From Nematocida ausubeli (Eukaryota): DNA of 64,000 nucleotides. The DNA is taken from assembly GCF_000738915.1 (NCBI RefSeq), contig NW_026515635.1, positions 62,001 to 126,000 of the forward strand, read 5' to 3'. Position 1 is the first letter of the stretch; the number at the start of each line of letters is the position of its first letter. A model generated the notes under the pieces. It searched no databases, was not told the DNA's origin, and was given only the letters and a program-made list of their open reading frames with translations. This document shows, one piece after another, positions 20,930-31,528 of the stretch. The position numbers and the translations under genes were made by a program.

Positions 20930-22114
20930 ATGAGTCATAGAAAATACGAAGCACCAAGACACGGTTCCCTCGCATTCCTCCCTAGAAAGAGAGCAGAGAG
21001 AATAAGACCAAGAATCCCATCCTACCCACAGGACGATGCCACCCAGAAGGTGCATCTTACAACATACTTTGCATACAAGGCTGGTATGACCCACGTATTA
21101 AGAGTAGGAGAGAGAGAAGGAAGTAAACTCAACAAGAAGGAGATCATTGACCCAGTAACTATTTTGGAGACCCCAAAGTGTGTTGTGTTCGGAGTTGTAG
21201 GATACAAGAAGACCCCACGTGGTCTTGTCAACGTAAAGACAGTTCTTGCAGAGCACATTGACGAATCCGTTAAGAGAAGATACTACAAGAGATACTACAG
21301 ATCCAAGAAGACTGCCCTCTCCAACTACCCACTCAAGTACAAGAACGGAGTGATCGAGCAGGAGATCCAGGCCATCAGAGACAACGCAGATGTTATCAGA
21401 GTGCTGATCCACAGTCAGGCACCAAAGATCAAGATCCTGAACACCAAGAAGGCCCACATCATGGAGTCCCAGCTCAACGGTGGAACCATCCAGGAAAAGA
21501 TTGACTTTGCACTTGCACACTTTGAGAAGGAGATATCCTCCCAGGACTGCTTCTCTAGAGAGGAGATGATTGACATCATTGGAGTGACCAAAGGAAAAGG
21601 ATTTGAAAGTTGTACCAAGAGATGGGGAACTACCATCCTCCCAAGAAAGACAAACAAAGGTCTCAGAAAGGTTGCCTGCATTGGTGCATGGCACCCAAGC
21701 AGAGTCATGTACTCCGTTCCTAGAGCTGGTCAGACCGGTTTCCACCACCGTGTAATGCAGAACAAGAGAGTGTACCTCATGGGCGATGGGCAGAGCACAG
21801 ATGCATGCAAGACCGAGTACGATCTGACTGAAAAGACAATTAACCCAATGGGAGGATTCACTGGATACGGTCACGTAAACAACGAGTTCATCATGGTTAA
21901 GGGGTCAGTAGTTGGACCAAGAAAGAGAGTCCTTGTCCTCAGAAAGATTGTTGGAAGAAAGTACAAGAGCGGAAACGCAGAGTCCATCAACATCAAGTTC
22001 ATCGATACCTCCTCAAAGATTGGAAGTGGTAGATTCCAGACTTCTGCTGAGAAGAAGCAGTTCTACGGAAAACTTAAATCCGATATTACAGCTGAAAATG
22101 AACAGGAAGAATAA
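20930..22114 (+). CDS. RPL3: 60S ribosomal protein L3 (uL3)
   Basis: MSHRKYEAPRHGSLAFLPRKRA, YKAGMTH, LRKVACIGAWHP, FIDTSSKIGSGRFQT. Confidence 0.99.
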   Translation: MSHRKYEAPRHGSLAFLPRKRAERIRPRIPSYPQDDATQKVHLTTYFAYKAGMTHVLRVGEREGSKLNKKEIIDPVTILETPKCVVFGVVGYKKTPRGLVNVKTVLAEHIDESVKRRYYKRYYRSKKTALSNYPLKYKNGVIEQEIQAIRDNADVIRVLIHSQAPKIKILNTKKAHIMESQLNGGTIQEKIDFALAHFEKEISSQDCFSREEMIDIIGVTKGKGFESCTKRWGTTILPRKTNKGLRKVACIGAWHPSRVMYSVPRAGQTGFHHRVMQNKRVYLMGDGQSTDACKTEYDLTEKTINPMGGFTGYGHVNNEFIMVKGSVVGPRKRVLVLRKIVGRKYKSGNAESINIKFIDTSSKIGSGRFQTSAEKKQFYGKLKSDITAENEQEE

Positions 22115-22173
22115 ACACTTTTCATTTATATTAGCTATGGCTATATCTGGCTCTTTAATTTTCGCAATACACT

Positions 22174-22402
22174 GCAGGCACAGCAGTTTCTTCTTCTGAT
22201 TATTTACCACACGAGAACCGCATGCAAAAGGCACGCTGTGCATCTTGCTGTGGACTCTTACTTTTCTGAAATAGCCCTAGACTATGCTAGTGCCCATAAT
22301 GCACCGTGTGAGTCTATCTCTGTTTCTTTTAGATGCCTCTGGGTATATGCACAGCGGCCTGCCTTTCTAGTTCTCTTTGAGGAATCCTCTTTGCTTTCCT
22401 GC
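22174..22402 (+). ncRNA. Candidate structured RNA (rod-like fold-back), family unassigned
   Basis: Nested helices GCAGG/CCTGC, TTCTTC/GAGGAA, GAGAAC/GTTCTC, AAAGGCA/TGCCTTT, CGCTGTGCAT/ATGCACAGCG, TGGACTC/GAGTCTA in a GC-richer spacer. Confidence 0.35.
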
Positions 22403-22510
22403 CTTTGCTTATACATAATATCTTCGTGCGCTGTATTTCCTTAGGGCATGCATGATTGCGTATTGTGCATACTTTTCTCTGGATATTTATTTGTGCTTTT
22501 TTTATTTCCC

Positions 22511-23368
22511 ATGGAGCTAAATGATAAGCTACTTAGATTCGATGCGAAGACTCTGCTTTCCTCAAATACTGGAGATATCTCAAAGGTCTTTGAAGGCACT
22601 GTTGATGGCTCGCCTGCTATTCTTACCCTTCATAAGGTGGCCTTCAACGAAGAATATACCTCCCCAAGTGCGCATAAAGTTATCCACGAGAATGATGTAT
22701 ATACAAGCGGCACATTTTTGGCAAGTGAGATGATTAAGTACAGCCTTATACACCCAGCGACAGAGACACAGATTAAAAAGTACAGAAAATCTGAGTATGT
22801 TTTGGTAAAGGAAACTGCCGAAATGTATAGAACAAAAACCCTCCCACATGCTCTTAAGCATAGCCCTAACTGCAAATGGATTGACACAATCTTCCAGCAG
22901 GCAGACGGGTGCGCCACCCCGTGTATAACCGAAAGCAAAGAGCATGTTCTTTTTATGGACAAGGAGTTCCTGATTTGCCCTGACTTAAAGTGGGATCGAG
23001 TAACACTTGAGTCGCTCTATCTTCTAGTTCTGTTCAAAGACCCTAGTATTTACACACTTAGAGAACTCCGCCAGGAGCATATTCCACTTCTTGAGAGAAT
23101 TCAGCAGGCTGCTGTAGAGGCCCTTGCCATGCACAATTACACAACAGACAAAGTCAAGATATACTTCCACTACTACCCTACCTTCTACAGAGCGCACGTT
23201 CACATATCATCTATTTCTTCTTCGTGGCCTGGCACGTCTATTGGCAAGTCTGTCTTACTAAATGATGTAATTGAAGGACTGAAAGTGTCCTCAACATACT
23301 TCCAGGATAAAACAATGGAGGTATGTATTTCTAAGGAGTCTTACATGTATTCAATATATTCTGAATAG
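22511..23368 (+). CDS. DCS1: m7GpppX diphosphatase (scavenger decapping enzyme DcpS)
   Basis: LIHPATETQIKKY, ETAEMY, PDLKWD, LYLLVL, TLRELRQEHIPLLE, YFHYYPTFYRAHVH. Start at the ATG following CCC. Confidence 0.92.
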   Translation: MELNDKLLRFDAKTLLSSNTGDISKVFEGTVDGSPAILTLHKVAFNEEYTSPSAHKVIHENDVYTSGTFLASEMIKYSLIHPATETQIKKYRKSEYVLVKETAEMYRTKTLPHALKHSPNCKWIDTIFQQADGCATPCITESKEHVLFMDKEFLICPDLKWDRVTLESLYLLVLFKDPSIYTLRELRQEHIPLLERIQQAAVEALAMHNYTTDKVKIYFHYYPTFYRAHVHISSISSSWPGTSIGKSVLLNDVIEGLKVSSTYFQDKTMEVCISKESYMYSIYSE

Positions 23369-24308
23369 CCTAGGCATGAGATTCTCTTATCAGAAGAGAA
23401 CTTAGCAAACATCTGAGCTACTTGTAGTATCTTTTTATTGCTCCATAGTTTCTAGAAACTCATTCATATCACTCTGTTATAAATTACTATTTTTACATAA
23501 AGCAAGTACTTTTAGCAGATCTATTTATATACCAAGACTCTGCCATAGTAGACTTACTGCGTGCAAATCTGAAATAATCCGTAGTAGCCTATTCTAGAGT
23601 GTTAGTTTTGAGCGCACTTGTAAGAATTAGTTGTTTTAAACATGTAGCTAGACCAGTGGTATGTATATTTAGGGCTAATAATAAATCTTGCCTTGGATTT
23701 CATTTTTTAGTAGACTACTTTGGATTATATATTAAAGTGTGCACCTTTGATTATTATATATCTCAGTAATAATAGCTGTGATTGAAGCTCATGATCTTAT
23801 TTAAGATATGCCTTAAAAGAAGAGTACTTTCAGAGCCTTGATTTGTACATTCAGTCTACTGCAGAGTTGCATATTTCTTTTTTATTTTCATACTCATCAT
23901 TTCTGTATTTAAGAAGATAAAGCGTATGCACAGTAGTGTCTACTGCTGAAATGAAGAGTTTTAAAGCATTTAAAAAGTAAAAGGCACTGGAAAAAGCAAA
24001 GAATTATACGGATGGATTGGTCTAGCAGGATTATTAAATTCTATCTGTACCAGTAAAGAGTATTTATCTTGGACAATTATACTCACTCACAATGTACTAT
24101 ACACCTAAGAGTTTTTATCCAAAAACTTCAATTTCTCCTTTTACTATATGCTATTACATGACGATCCAGAATGTTTCCCGGGTTATATTCGGGCCATGTG
24201 TCTTTTGCAACCCGCCAATCTGCATGCTAAAGTATAAAGAAAGCGGCCTGGGCTCTCTCTCCTTTATTTTAATAAAGCTTAAAATTTTAGCTAACTCAAA
24301 GAAACTGA

Positions 24309-25232
24309 ATGGTAGTAAATCATCCCAAGCCAGCAATAGGAAAAAATGACATAGAAAAGGTACAATTCATCTTCCCAGATGAAATCTTTTTTGTCCATGG
24401 AGAGCAAGACCTGCTTGTTGTTCTTCTAAATGGAAAGGTATTTAAGAGGCAAAGCATAACTGACAATGACCAGAAAAACACAGAAGGCCCAAAATACGTT
24501 GAGCTATTTGATCTAAAAGATGTAGTGAAACATGCAGAAACAATAGATAAAAAGCTATATATAGCGACAGCAACTACGCTCTACCGAATAAACAAGGGGG
24601 CAGAGGACAAAGAGAAAATTGTTCTGCAGGCAATCCATAAAGATGACTTCTTAAAGATATGCGCGCTCTCTGTTTCAGAGGATGGGGAAATGCTTGTATA
24701 CGGCGACTATGAAGGAAAAGTAACGGTCAAGACGCCAACCACACAATATGAATGCATAGAACATGAAGATGCAATTGTTGGAATTGTAATCCTGAAGCGA
24801 GTGATATTTACAGCAAGCGAAGACGGCATGCTTCTAAAGACAAAAATCGGAGAGACCGAGCCAAAGGATGCATATGAAGTAGGAAAGCCCATCCGATACT
24901 TTGGAAAGCTAGACAATAAGCTTGTTCTGCTGGATGCATATGGCACCCCGTACACCCTCAGTAAGACAACAAATGATCTGAGAAAAGAGAAAAAGCTTGT
25001 AAGAAAAGTAACATTCGTGAATAAAGTGAGCGATGGTCTCTACGCATCGCACGACAATGACCATTTCAAAATAACAACGTACAAAACAGTAAACCGTATA
25101 CAAGTGCCTCCAAAAAGAACTGATGGCTTGTTTGAGTACAAGAACAGGCTTTACTTCTATGCAGGCGAAGAAATAACAGGATGGGAGGTAAAGAAAGCAA
25201 CAGAACTAGAAGAATTCTTTGAGGATTTATAA
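24309..25232 (+). CDS. WD40/beta-propeller-like protein (possibly WDR55/JIP5-like)
   Basis: LVYGDYEGKVTV and EHEDAIVGI..IFTASEDGML are WD-type repeats; C-terminal FFEDL. Confidence 0.55.
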   Translation: MVVNHPKPAIGKNDIEKVQFIFPDEIFFVHGEQDLLVVLLNGKVFKRQSITDNDQKNTEGPKYVELFDLKDVVKHAETIDKKLYIATATTLYRINKGAEDKEKIVLQAIHKDDFLKICALSVSEDGEMLVYGDYEGKVTVKTPTTQYECIEHEDAIVGIVILKRVIFTASEDGMLLKTKIGETEPKDAYEVGKPIRYFGKLDNKLVLLDAYGTPYTLSKTTNDLRKEKKLVRKVTFVNKVSDGLYASHDNDHFKITTYKTVNRIQVPPKRTDGLFEYKNRLYFYAGEEITGWEVKKATELEEFFEDL

Positions 25233-25620
25233 ATGAGTTGCTAACCTCCCACAAAGTAACTTGTAGTAGCTGCATAAATAAATAACTTCGACATACATCC
25301 TGTTAAAATTTAAATAGTTCCAAAAAGCTTTCTATTGGCCAGAAGTGCATATTCCTTTCATTTTTATAGCTCGCATATATTTGGGTTACATTTCATCCAA
25401 TAATGCTTTATATAGTGTCTGCAGCAATGGCATTGCCACTGCAGCTTGATTCGTATTGACAGATAGCGTATGGGTATTTAGCACACTATAATTTGTGCAT
25501 ATAATACGATCCCACTTGTTCTTTTTGCAAATATAAATCGCCCTATAGAATATACTCCTGATTGGCTGTGCAGGCACTAAATATGAAATAGTTAATAAAC
25601 TTGTAAAATCATATTGATAG

Positions 25621-28600
25621 ATGTATATGTATTTAAATATGCATAAAAAATTCCTACAAATGACAGACCATATTGCAATCTATAAAATCATTGTGCTATG
25701 CATGGTATGCAGCTGCATACGTTCTAGTATGTTTGCCGCAAGTAATGAATACAATAGTTCCAATGAAGTAATGGATGAAGAGTGGATGAGAAATATAGAT
25801 ATAAAAGATCTGTACAGTGCTATACCTACCGAGCATTACAACAGTGCGGTCCAACTAGAACACACAAGTGACATGTATGATCTGGGAGATCTAGATGACT
25901 TGTATCTTTTAGAAGGAATCCCAGAATCAGCCCACACAAGCAACTCCTACTATCCATATGATCTATTTAACATGGACACTATAAACCAAGCAGAAAATTT
26001 AGGTCTTTTTTTAGAAGGCATCCCAGAATCAGAAAATACAAGCAACTCCTACTATCCATGTGATCTATTTAACTTGGACACTACAAACCAAGCAGAAAAT
26101 TTAGGCCTTTTAGAAGGCATCCCAGAATCAGAAAATATAGATGGTAGATATTACATGCTATGTCCGCCAAACCCGAATAATGGAAATCAAAAAGATAACA
26201 TAGTTTATATATTCTATAGAGATATCGATGGGCACACATTCTATATAAATAGTGCAGAGTGCAAAATATACATATACCCCACTGGAGATATGGCCTATAT
26301 CGAAGATATATTTTATATGGTATATAGAGATAGTTTGAACAATCTTGTCTATATAAATAGTTCTGTAGGCCCTTCTACTTTTAACATTGAAGATACATCT
26401 AAAGATGAATCAAGCAACCAAGGAGAAATCTTATTTAATAGTCTAACTAGAGAAGCTCCGTTAAAGCGCCTAGCAGAGTCTACTTCAAGTGGGTCAGATG
26501 ATAATCCAAGTGCGAAAAAATGCAAAAATACAGAAGTTGTGGAAGAAAGTCATAAATCTGCCAAATTAGAAGCATTCGATATAACGACAAACTATATAGA
26601 TAGTTTTGAATCTTTTCAACACTATAGATATATGGCTCATAGAGACACAACGAGAGATAAACCCCATGGATTTTCATACTGGTTTCCTAACCGTAGCATA
26701 AATAATGAAAGTATATCATGCAAATGTGGTATTGGGATAGACTACAAAAATGAAATGATGTTTTGGCACTTTTTAACTAGCTCACATCATAACTCTCTAG
26801 CTGAAAAGATTGACTGCATTATTAGTTTAAGTAATGCAAGGAGAGATGCTGAGCATATCCCTAGCAGCCAGATATTCTATCATTATTATTTCTTTTTAAA
26901 GGACTTAAAAAAATACATAGAAAGTCACATAAATATAAAGCACATCCGGGCAAAATACAACTACAGAGATGGCAGTAAGAACAATATATGCTCTAGGTCT
27001 AAAATAGAGCCAGAGACACTTGGAGAAATATATGAAGAGACCCAAACAGATCTAAAATGGTGGGTCAATAGCATGTCTGTTATCACCGAAAAAACTGAGG
27101 AAATTAAGAGTGCAGGATCTGCAGATGCACCACTAAAAGAAAAGCTGCACTTTATTCTAAAGCTACCAGAAATACTCAGAGACCTGGTTCTGATAACCCC
27201 CGAGATACTATCAAAGACAATGGAAGAAATGAAAAGAACATCTGATTCAGAGGCTAGCAGGTTTTTCTGCATTATAGAGTACCTATATTACTTAGCGAAT
27301 GGTGATTCGGATGGAATGAACACAGCATATAAGAAAGTTCAAAAGCTATCTGTGAATAGAAAACCTATAAATAGCCAGAGTACTATGATGGTGTATGGTC
27401 TTGTTTATAATTTATTTTGTTTTTTCTACCAATGTGCGCCATTTACATGTGTAACTGATGTTAAGAGTAAAGAAGGCAAATCCCTACACAGAGAAACCCA
27501 TATTAAAAATATTTTCCAAACCCACTGCCCATACATACCAAAGAATGGAGTTTTCAGACTATGTGGAAAAAGAGCAATTGTAGAGGCAAGGATCAATAAA
27601 TATACAGAAAACAAAGAGATATTTATGCTAGACCAGTCTATAGATCAAGCTATTGAAACTGTAAAAGTGGTTGACTCTTTTAGCTTGGAAGGTCTAGAAA
27701 ATGTAAAATCTTTAAAGATAGTGCACAGTGATCACTACCATGTGCAGCTAGTTGACAACATACGCCACACAGTAAAACTCATTCCTATTCCATATCCCTA
27801 TTGTGAAAATTACAATTCTAGTGATGAATCTATACAAAGGAAAACTCATTCAATTCGATATATAGTAGAGTACATAAAATCTGTACTGAAGTCAACCTAT
27901 CCAGAAAAGAATTCAGAGTTTAATATCTATCCATTTAAGTATAGTAGAAATAGTGGAATATGGTCATTAATAGATGGGAATTGCAATTGGTATAGGAAGA
28001 GAGAATTAGATCTAGCTCTAAGTACAGTGAATAGCCATAAATATGATGTAGTCTTTTACTACTTTGAAGATAATATAACCAAAAATTATTTTAGATGTAT
28101 AGATTTCCAAATCTCAGTTGGCTCGAGTCTTGAAACTCCTCGAATTCCTTTATTTCTTACAAACTTTATGCTGATAAGTGCTATAATTAGTCCGTATATA
28201 TTTTTTGGTGAAACATGTATTAAAACCGAAATAATTAAAAATTATGCCACTGAGAAAAAAAGTATTGAACCTACTAAAATGACTATCGATACAGCTGCAA
28301 CCAGCCAGAGCTCATCTTCCGCATCACCAAGCAACAATGAATCTCAACCAAAAAGAAGCTACATTAATTACTACTACAGTGACTTTTTGGTTCGAGATAT
28401 AAATGACTACATATTTTGCACTACAGAATGCTTTGTTACAGATATCTCACTTAATTTATCAGAAATAACAGGTGAGCTATCTACAGTTTGGTATACACAG
28501 ATAAAGAGAAGCGTGCGTGAGTATACAAACTACTGTTTTAGTATAAGTACAGCTCAGAACATTCAGAGCGATAATCAGTCACAATCTAAAAAAGAAGTAG

Positions 28601-29052
28601 TCCTAACATTCCTGAATCTATTACAGCGCGAGAGTTCATCGGGTGACAAAGTCACATACGGTCTGTGCATCTATACATCTTTGGAAGGCAACGAAGTTGC
28701 TGTTCCAATTATGTGCGAGAAAATGCGAAGGCTTTTGGGTGCTAACATTGATGATGACCTTAAGTCCAAGCATGCAAATTGGGAAAGTAACATTCTTCCT
28801 CCACGAGTTGATATTAAAGATATAAAAGAGGATGCTCCTGTTTTTATCACGGTAAAAACCTTTAGCTACACGCAGGCAAACCTTGGAATGCACTATGACA
28901 TGCTAGCTGCTCTCTTTCATAACAATAATTCTGCACCAGAACTAACATCAGAACCCGCACCAGCACTAAAAAAACTAACAACACCAGAACCAAAGACCGC
29001 TACTAGAAAGTCTCCTAGAGCGACTAGAGCTAGAGTTGTTTACACCGAGTAG
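25621..29052 (+). CDS. Lineage-specific secreted-type protein, tandem family copy 1 (1143 aa)
   Basis: Hydrophobic N-terminal segment; extensive identity with 33195-36224 (e.g. PETLGEIYEETQTDLKWW, DHYHVQLVDNIRHTVKLIPIPY). True start may be a downstream ATG such as 25639. Confidence 0.85.
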   Translation: MYMYLNMHKKFLQMTDHIAIYKIIVLCMVCSCIRSSMFAASNEYNSSNEVMDEEWMRNIDIKDLYSAIPTEHYNSAVQLEHTSDMYDLGDLDDLYLLEGIPESAHTSNSYYPYDLFNMDTINQAENLGLFLEGIPESENTSNSYYPCDLFNLDTTNQAENLGLLEGIPESENIDGRYYMLCPPNPNNGNQKDNIVYIFYRDIDGHTFYINSAECKIYIYPTGDMAYIEDIFYMVYRDSLNNLVYINSSVGPSTFNIEDTSKDESSNQGEILFNSLTREAPLKRLAESTSSGSDDNPSAKKCKNTEVVEESHKSAKLEAFDITTNYIDSFESFQHYRYMAHRDTTRDKPHGFSYWFPNRSINNESISCKCGIGIDYKNEMMFWHFLTSSHHNSLAEKIDCIISLSNARRDAEHIPSSQIFYHYYFFLKDLKKYIESHINIKHIRAKYNYRDGSKNNICSRSKIEPETLGEIYEETQTDLKWWVNSMSVITEKTEEIKSAGSADAPLKEKLHFILKLPEILRDLVLITPEILSKTMEEMKRTSDSEASRFFCIIEYLYYLANGDSDGMNTAYKKVQKLSVNRKPINSQSTMMVYGLVYNLFCFFYQCAPFTCVTDVKSKEGKSLHRETHIKNIFQTHCPYIPKNGVFRLCGKRAIVEARINKYTENKEIFMLDQSIDQAIETVKVVDSFSLEGLENVKSLKIVHSDHYHVQLVDNIRHTVKLIPIPYPYCENYNSSDESIQRKTHSIRYIVEYIKSVLKSTYPEKNSEFNIYPFKYSRNSGIWSLIDGNCNWYRKRELDLALSTVNSHKYDVVFYYFEDNITKNYFRCIDFQISVGSSLETPRIPLFLTNFMLISAIISPYIFFGETCIKTEIIKNYATEKKSIEPTKMTIDTAATSQSSSSASPSNNESQPKRSYINYYYSDFLVRDINDYIFCTTECFVTDISLNLSEITGELSTVWYTQIKRSVREYTNYCFSISTAQNIQSDNQSQSKKEVVLTFLNLLQRESSSGDKVTYGLCIYTSLEGNEVAVPIMCEKMRRLLGANIDDDLKSKHANWESNILPPRVDIKDIKEDAPVFITVKTFSYTQANLGMHYDMLAALFHNNNSAPELTSEPAPALKKLTTPEPKTATRKSPRATRARVVYTE
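25909..26138 (+). repeat. Intragenic tandem repeat (102/99-bp units, ~2.3 copies; LEGIPESxxTSNSYYPxDLFN...)
   Basis: ttagaagg(a/c)atcccagaatcag starts at 25909, 26011 and 26110; absent from the paralog. Confidence 0.9.
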
Positions 29053-29459
29053 AAAAAATTCGCTAAAACCTGGCATCTCCTTATTATAATACTGCCAAAA
29101 GCACCTACACGCAAGATCATAACCAATTCAATCAAAATCCTCAATACTAACTTTTTAAGCACCTTATGCTCTCACCAATGCATAACACAGAGTGTGTTAG
29201 TAAACTCTATTAGAAATAAAATAAAGTATTTTTAAGTAACCCTCTTCTAATCTTTCCGAATTCTACTATATACTACTGTCTCTTAGCTATAATACTATTG
29301 TCTTTATCCAATGCACACTATATTTTGTTCTCTTTGTGCTGCATAGTACTAGATATTGCCTATGGCTAAACTCAAGGGAAGTAGAACTCTTTCATTAAGG
29401 GGTCTTTGAGTTTTGTCTTTTTTTGTATTTTCTGCGTTCCTTCTCGAAAAATAGAAATA
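29050..29459 (+). repeat. 3'-flank repeat of the tandem family, copy 1
   Basis: Shares ctcaccaatgcataacacagagtgtgttagtaaactcta, ttctactatatactactgt and ggctaaactca...ttctcgaaaa with 32159-32967 and 36262-37099. Confidence 0.9.
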
Positions 29460-29460
29460 G

Positions 29461-29536
29461 TGTTGCTAGTGGCTCTATATATATATAGTAGTAATTTTAA
29501 ACAAATTTTTATCTTTAGTTTTCTTAGTTGGCAACA
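29461..29536 (-). mobile_element. ~70-bp dispersed element with TGTTGC...GCAACA ends, copy 1 (left arm of a 541-bp inverted pair)
   Basis: tgttgctagtggctctata..tagtagtaattttaaa..tctttagttttcttagttggcaaca is the reverse complement of the copies at 29933 and 40359. Confidence 0.6.
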
Positions 29537-29932
29537 CCTTCTAGTGACAGCAAGCGTTAACAAACCCAAAGGACTAAGTCACTATCATGTAAACAAGTAG
29601 AAATTCTTGTGGTTTGCTGGCCTACAGTCAAAACCTGGAAGGCAAAGACCAACATCAAGCTATATTTCTAATCCAGGAAGAGGATTTTATGCCTATAAGG
29701 CAAGAAAAACCAACAGATATTTTAAGAAAGTTTTGTTGTTATACATATGCACATTCCTGGATGTACACAATCCGTTTATTCTTTGTACTTGAGGTATTCT
29801 TTGTCTTTATCATTTTTTTTAATATTCTTGCACGAGTAGATGGTATTCTTCTAATTTATATATTTTCCGGAATTATTCGGGTTATATCAGAGACCTTATC
29901 TTATGCTCTTGAAGTGGTCTATAAATAAAGAA

Positions 29933-30001
29933 TGTTTCCAACTAAGAAAACTAAAGATAGAAATTCATTTAAAATTACTACTATACAGGCCACTGGCAAC
30001 A
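29933..30001 (+). mobile_element. ~70-bp dispersed element, copy 2 (right arm)
   Basis: tgtttccaactaagaaaactaaagata..tttaaaattactactata..gccactggcaaca. Confidence 0.6.
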
Positions 30002-30323
30002 AATATTGCTCTTATTGGGCTACTATTTCTAGACCATACTCTTTCTATCCTGCAGCACACCATACAAAAAAGTCTTCAAGTAAGTTTTTTCTTCTTTTTG
30101 TATTAAAGACTACACAGCACTGTAAAGGATTAAAATATGCAGTGTGAACAACAAAAAAGAAAATAAAACATGCAAATACGCCTGCAATTCTTTTATGTTT
30201 TATATCCAGAATAACCAAAAAACAAATTCAAAATACATATGTGCATTCAGCCAGTTTGATGCAATTATATTTCAGCAATAAGCTTGTAATGAAATTTCTT
30301 TATTTCTATTAGAACCCATTGAA

Positions 30324-31451
30324 TCAAACAAACAAATTATTTGGGGTTATTGGCTGAGTAAAATATATTAATACAATGGAAACAGTCATTAATATAGAAA
30401 GCATACCTAATGCTGAAATAGCCTCATCTAGCTTAGGTACATCCTCCTGATTATGCATCTCCTTCTTTATTTTTTCGCCAAAGCAGAATGTATATGCAAA
30501 GAACGCAAAAATTGTAAAAAGAAAGAGCAACAGCCAAGATAAGCTTGCTTCTATCTCGTGCACCTCTCCTGAAAAAGGATAGATGAAGCCAACTACAAAG
30601 GCCAAAACAGTGCATAATATAATCCCTAGTATGGAGATGATATTTCCTTTGGTTTTTCTATTCCATAGATCCCTAATAAGTATTCCAAAAATAGACAGAG
30701 TACATTTGACTACAAAAATCCCGAATAAGCCAACCACAACCGAGGACAGTGCGAATACAACTGATTTGAATGAAAAATCAAAATCTTTAAGAAACAAACC
30801 AAATATCATAACCATAGAATAAACTATCATTCCTAACAGAATAGAGGCAAGTATAAAAAACGGCACAGTATAGACTATCTTCAGAGGAGAATTCTGTGTA
30901 ATGTTTGTTCTTATCAAACCAAATGCGCCATGTAAAGAACTCACACGCGCATTTCTTAATGGCGGCGAGTTGTTTTCTCCAGAGCCACTTTCAACATACA
31001 CAGTTCCTTTCTTATCATTATCCACGTGCTGCAAATCTTCTTCAACAACTGATACTCCCATAGGCACGAGCTCAGTATATTCATGTGCTTCTCCAGCAAG
31101 TGAGAGGCCTACTGCATTCATTGTCTCAGCAACCTTCTTCGCACATGCTTTCTCAATATCGTTAAGTGTGCTGTATGCTTCACCTGCTTTGTCTTTTAAG
31201 ACATCCATGGTTTTAGTCAACACAGATTCATTGTTAAAATTTATTTCTTCTGTGCCCGCATGCATTCCTTCAGTTTCATCCGAAATCTCCATCCTCCAGT
31301 CATTTGCACCCGCAGAGGTTGTTGGAAGGTCATTCTTTAGATCATTCTGCTGCTCCGTTAGTTCCTGTGGATTTTCTACTCTTACTTCCATGTCAGACCC
31401 ATTAGATGGACCGGCAATCATATTGCTCTCATTATTATCAATTAAATTCAT
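30324..31451 (-). CDS. Hypothetical multi-pass membrane protein (acidic N-terminal half, ~5 C-terminal TM segments)
   Basis: 375-aa ORF with clear hydrophobic segments in the C-terminal half. Confidence 0.75.
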   Translation of the reverse strand: MNLIDNNESNMIAGPSNGSDMEVRVENPQELTEQQNDLKNDLPTTSAGANDWRMEISDETEGMHAGTEEINFNNESVLTKTMDVLKDKAGEAYSTLNDIEKACAKKVAETMNAVGLSLAGEAHEYTELVPMGVSVVEEDLQHVDNDKKGTVYVESGSGENNSPPLRNARVSSLHGAFGLIRTNITQNSPLKIVYTVPFFILASILLGMIVYSMVMIFGLFLKDFDFSFKSVVFALSSVVVGLFGIFVVKCTLSIFGILIRDLWNRKTKGNIISILGIILCTVLAFVVGFIYPFSGEVHEIEASLSWLLLFLFTIFAFFAYTFCFGEKIKKEMHNQEDVPKLDEAISALGMLSILMTVSIVLIYFTQPITPNNLFV

Positions 31452-31528
31452 GGAAAAATTAATTTTTTCTTAATTTATACGCTTGGCAGTTATATAAAAA
31501 GCTGAGTTTTTTCTGAAATATTAGACTT

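Noticed and set aside
20924..20932. GTAAGT beside the RPL3 start as a 5' splice site
   Set aside because: It lies before the ATG, and the RPL3 ORF is complete and uninterrupted.
21098..21874. 258-aa antisense ORF, and similar ones at 18225-18914, 42004-42618, 48094-48690, 62432-63226
   Set aside because: Shadow frames of well-supported genes on the opposite strand.
29372..30147. Small ORFs inside the MITE-like unit as a transposase
   Set aside because: Short, overlapping, no DDE or other motif; the shared peptides simply translate the inverted arms.
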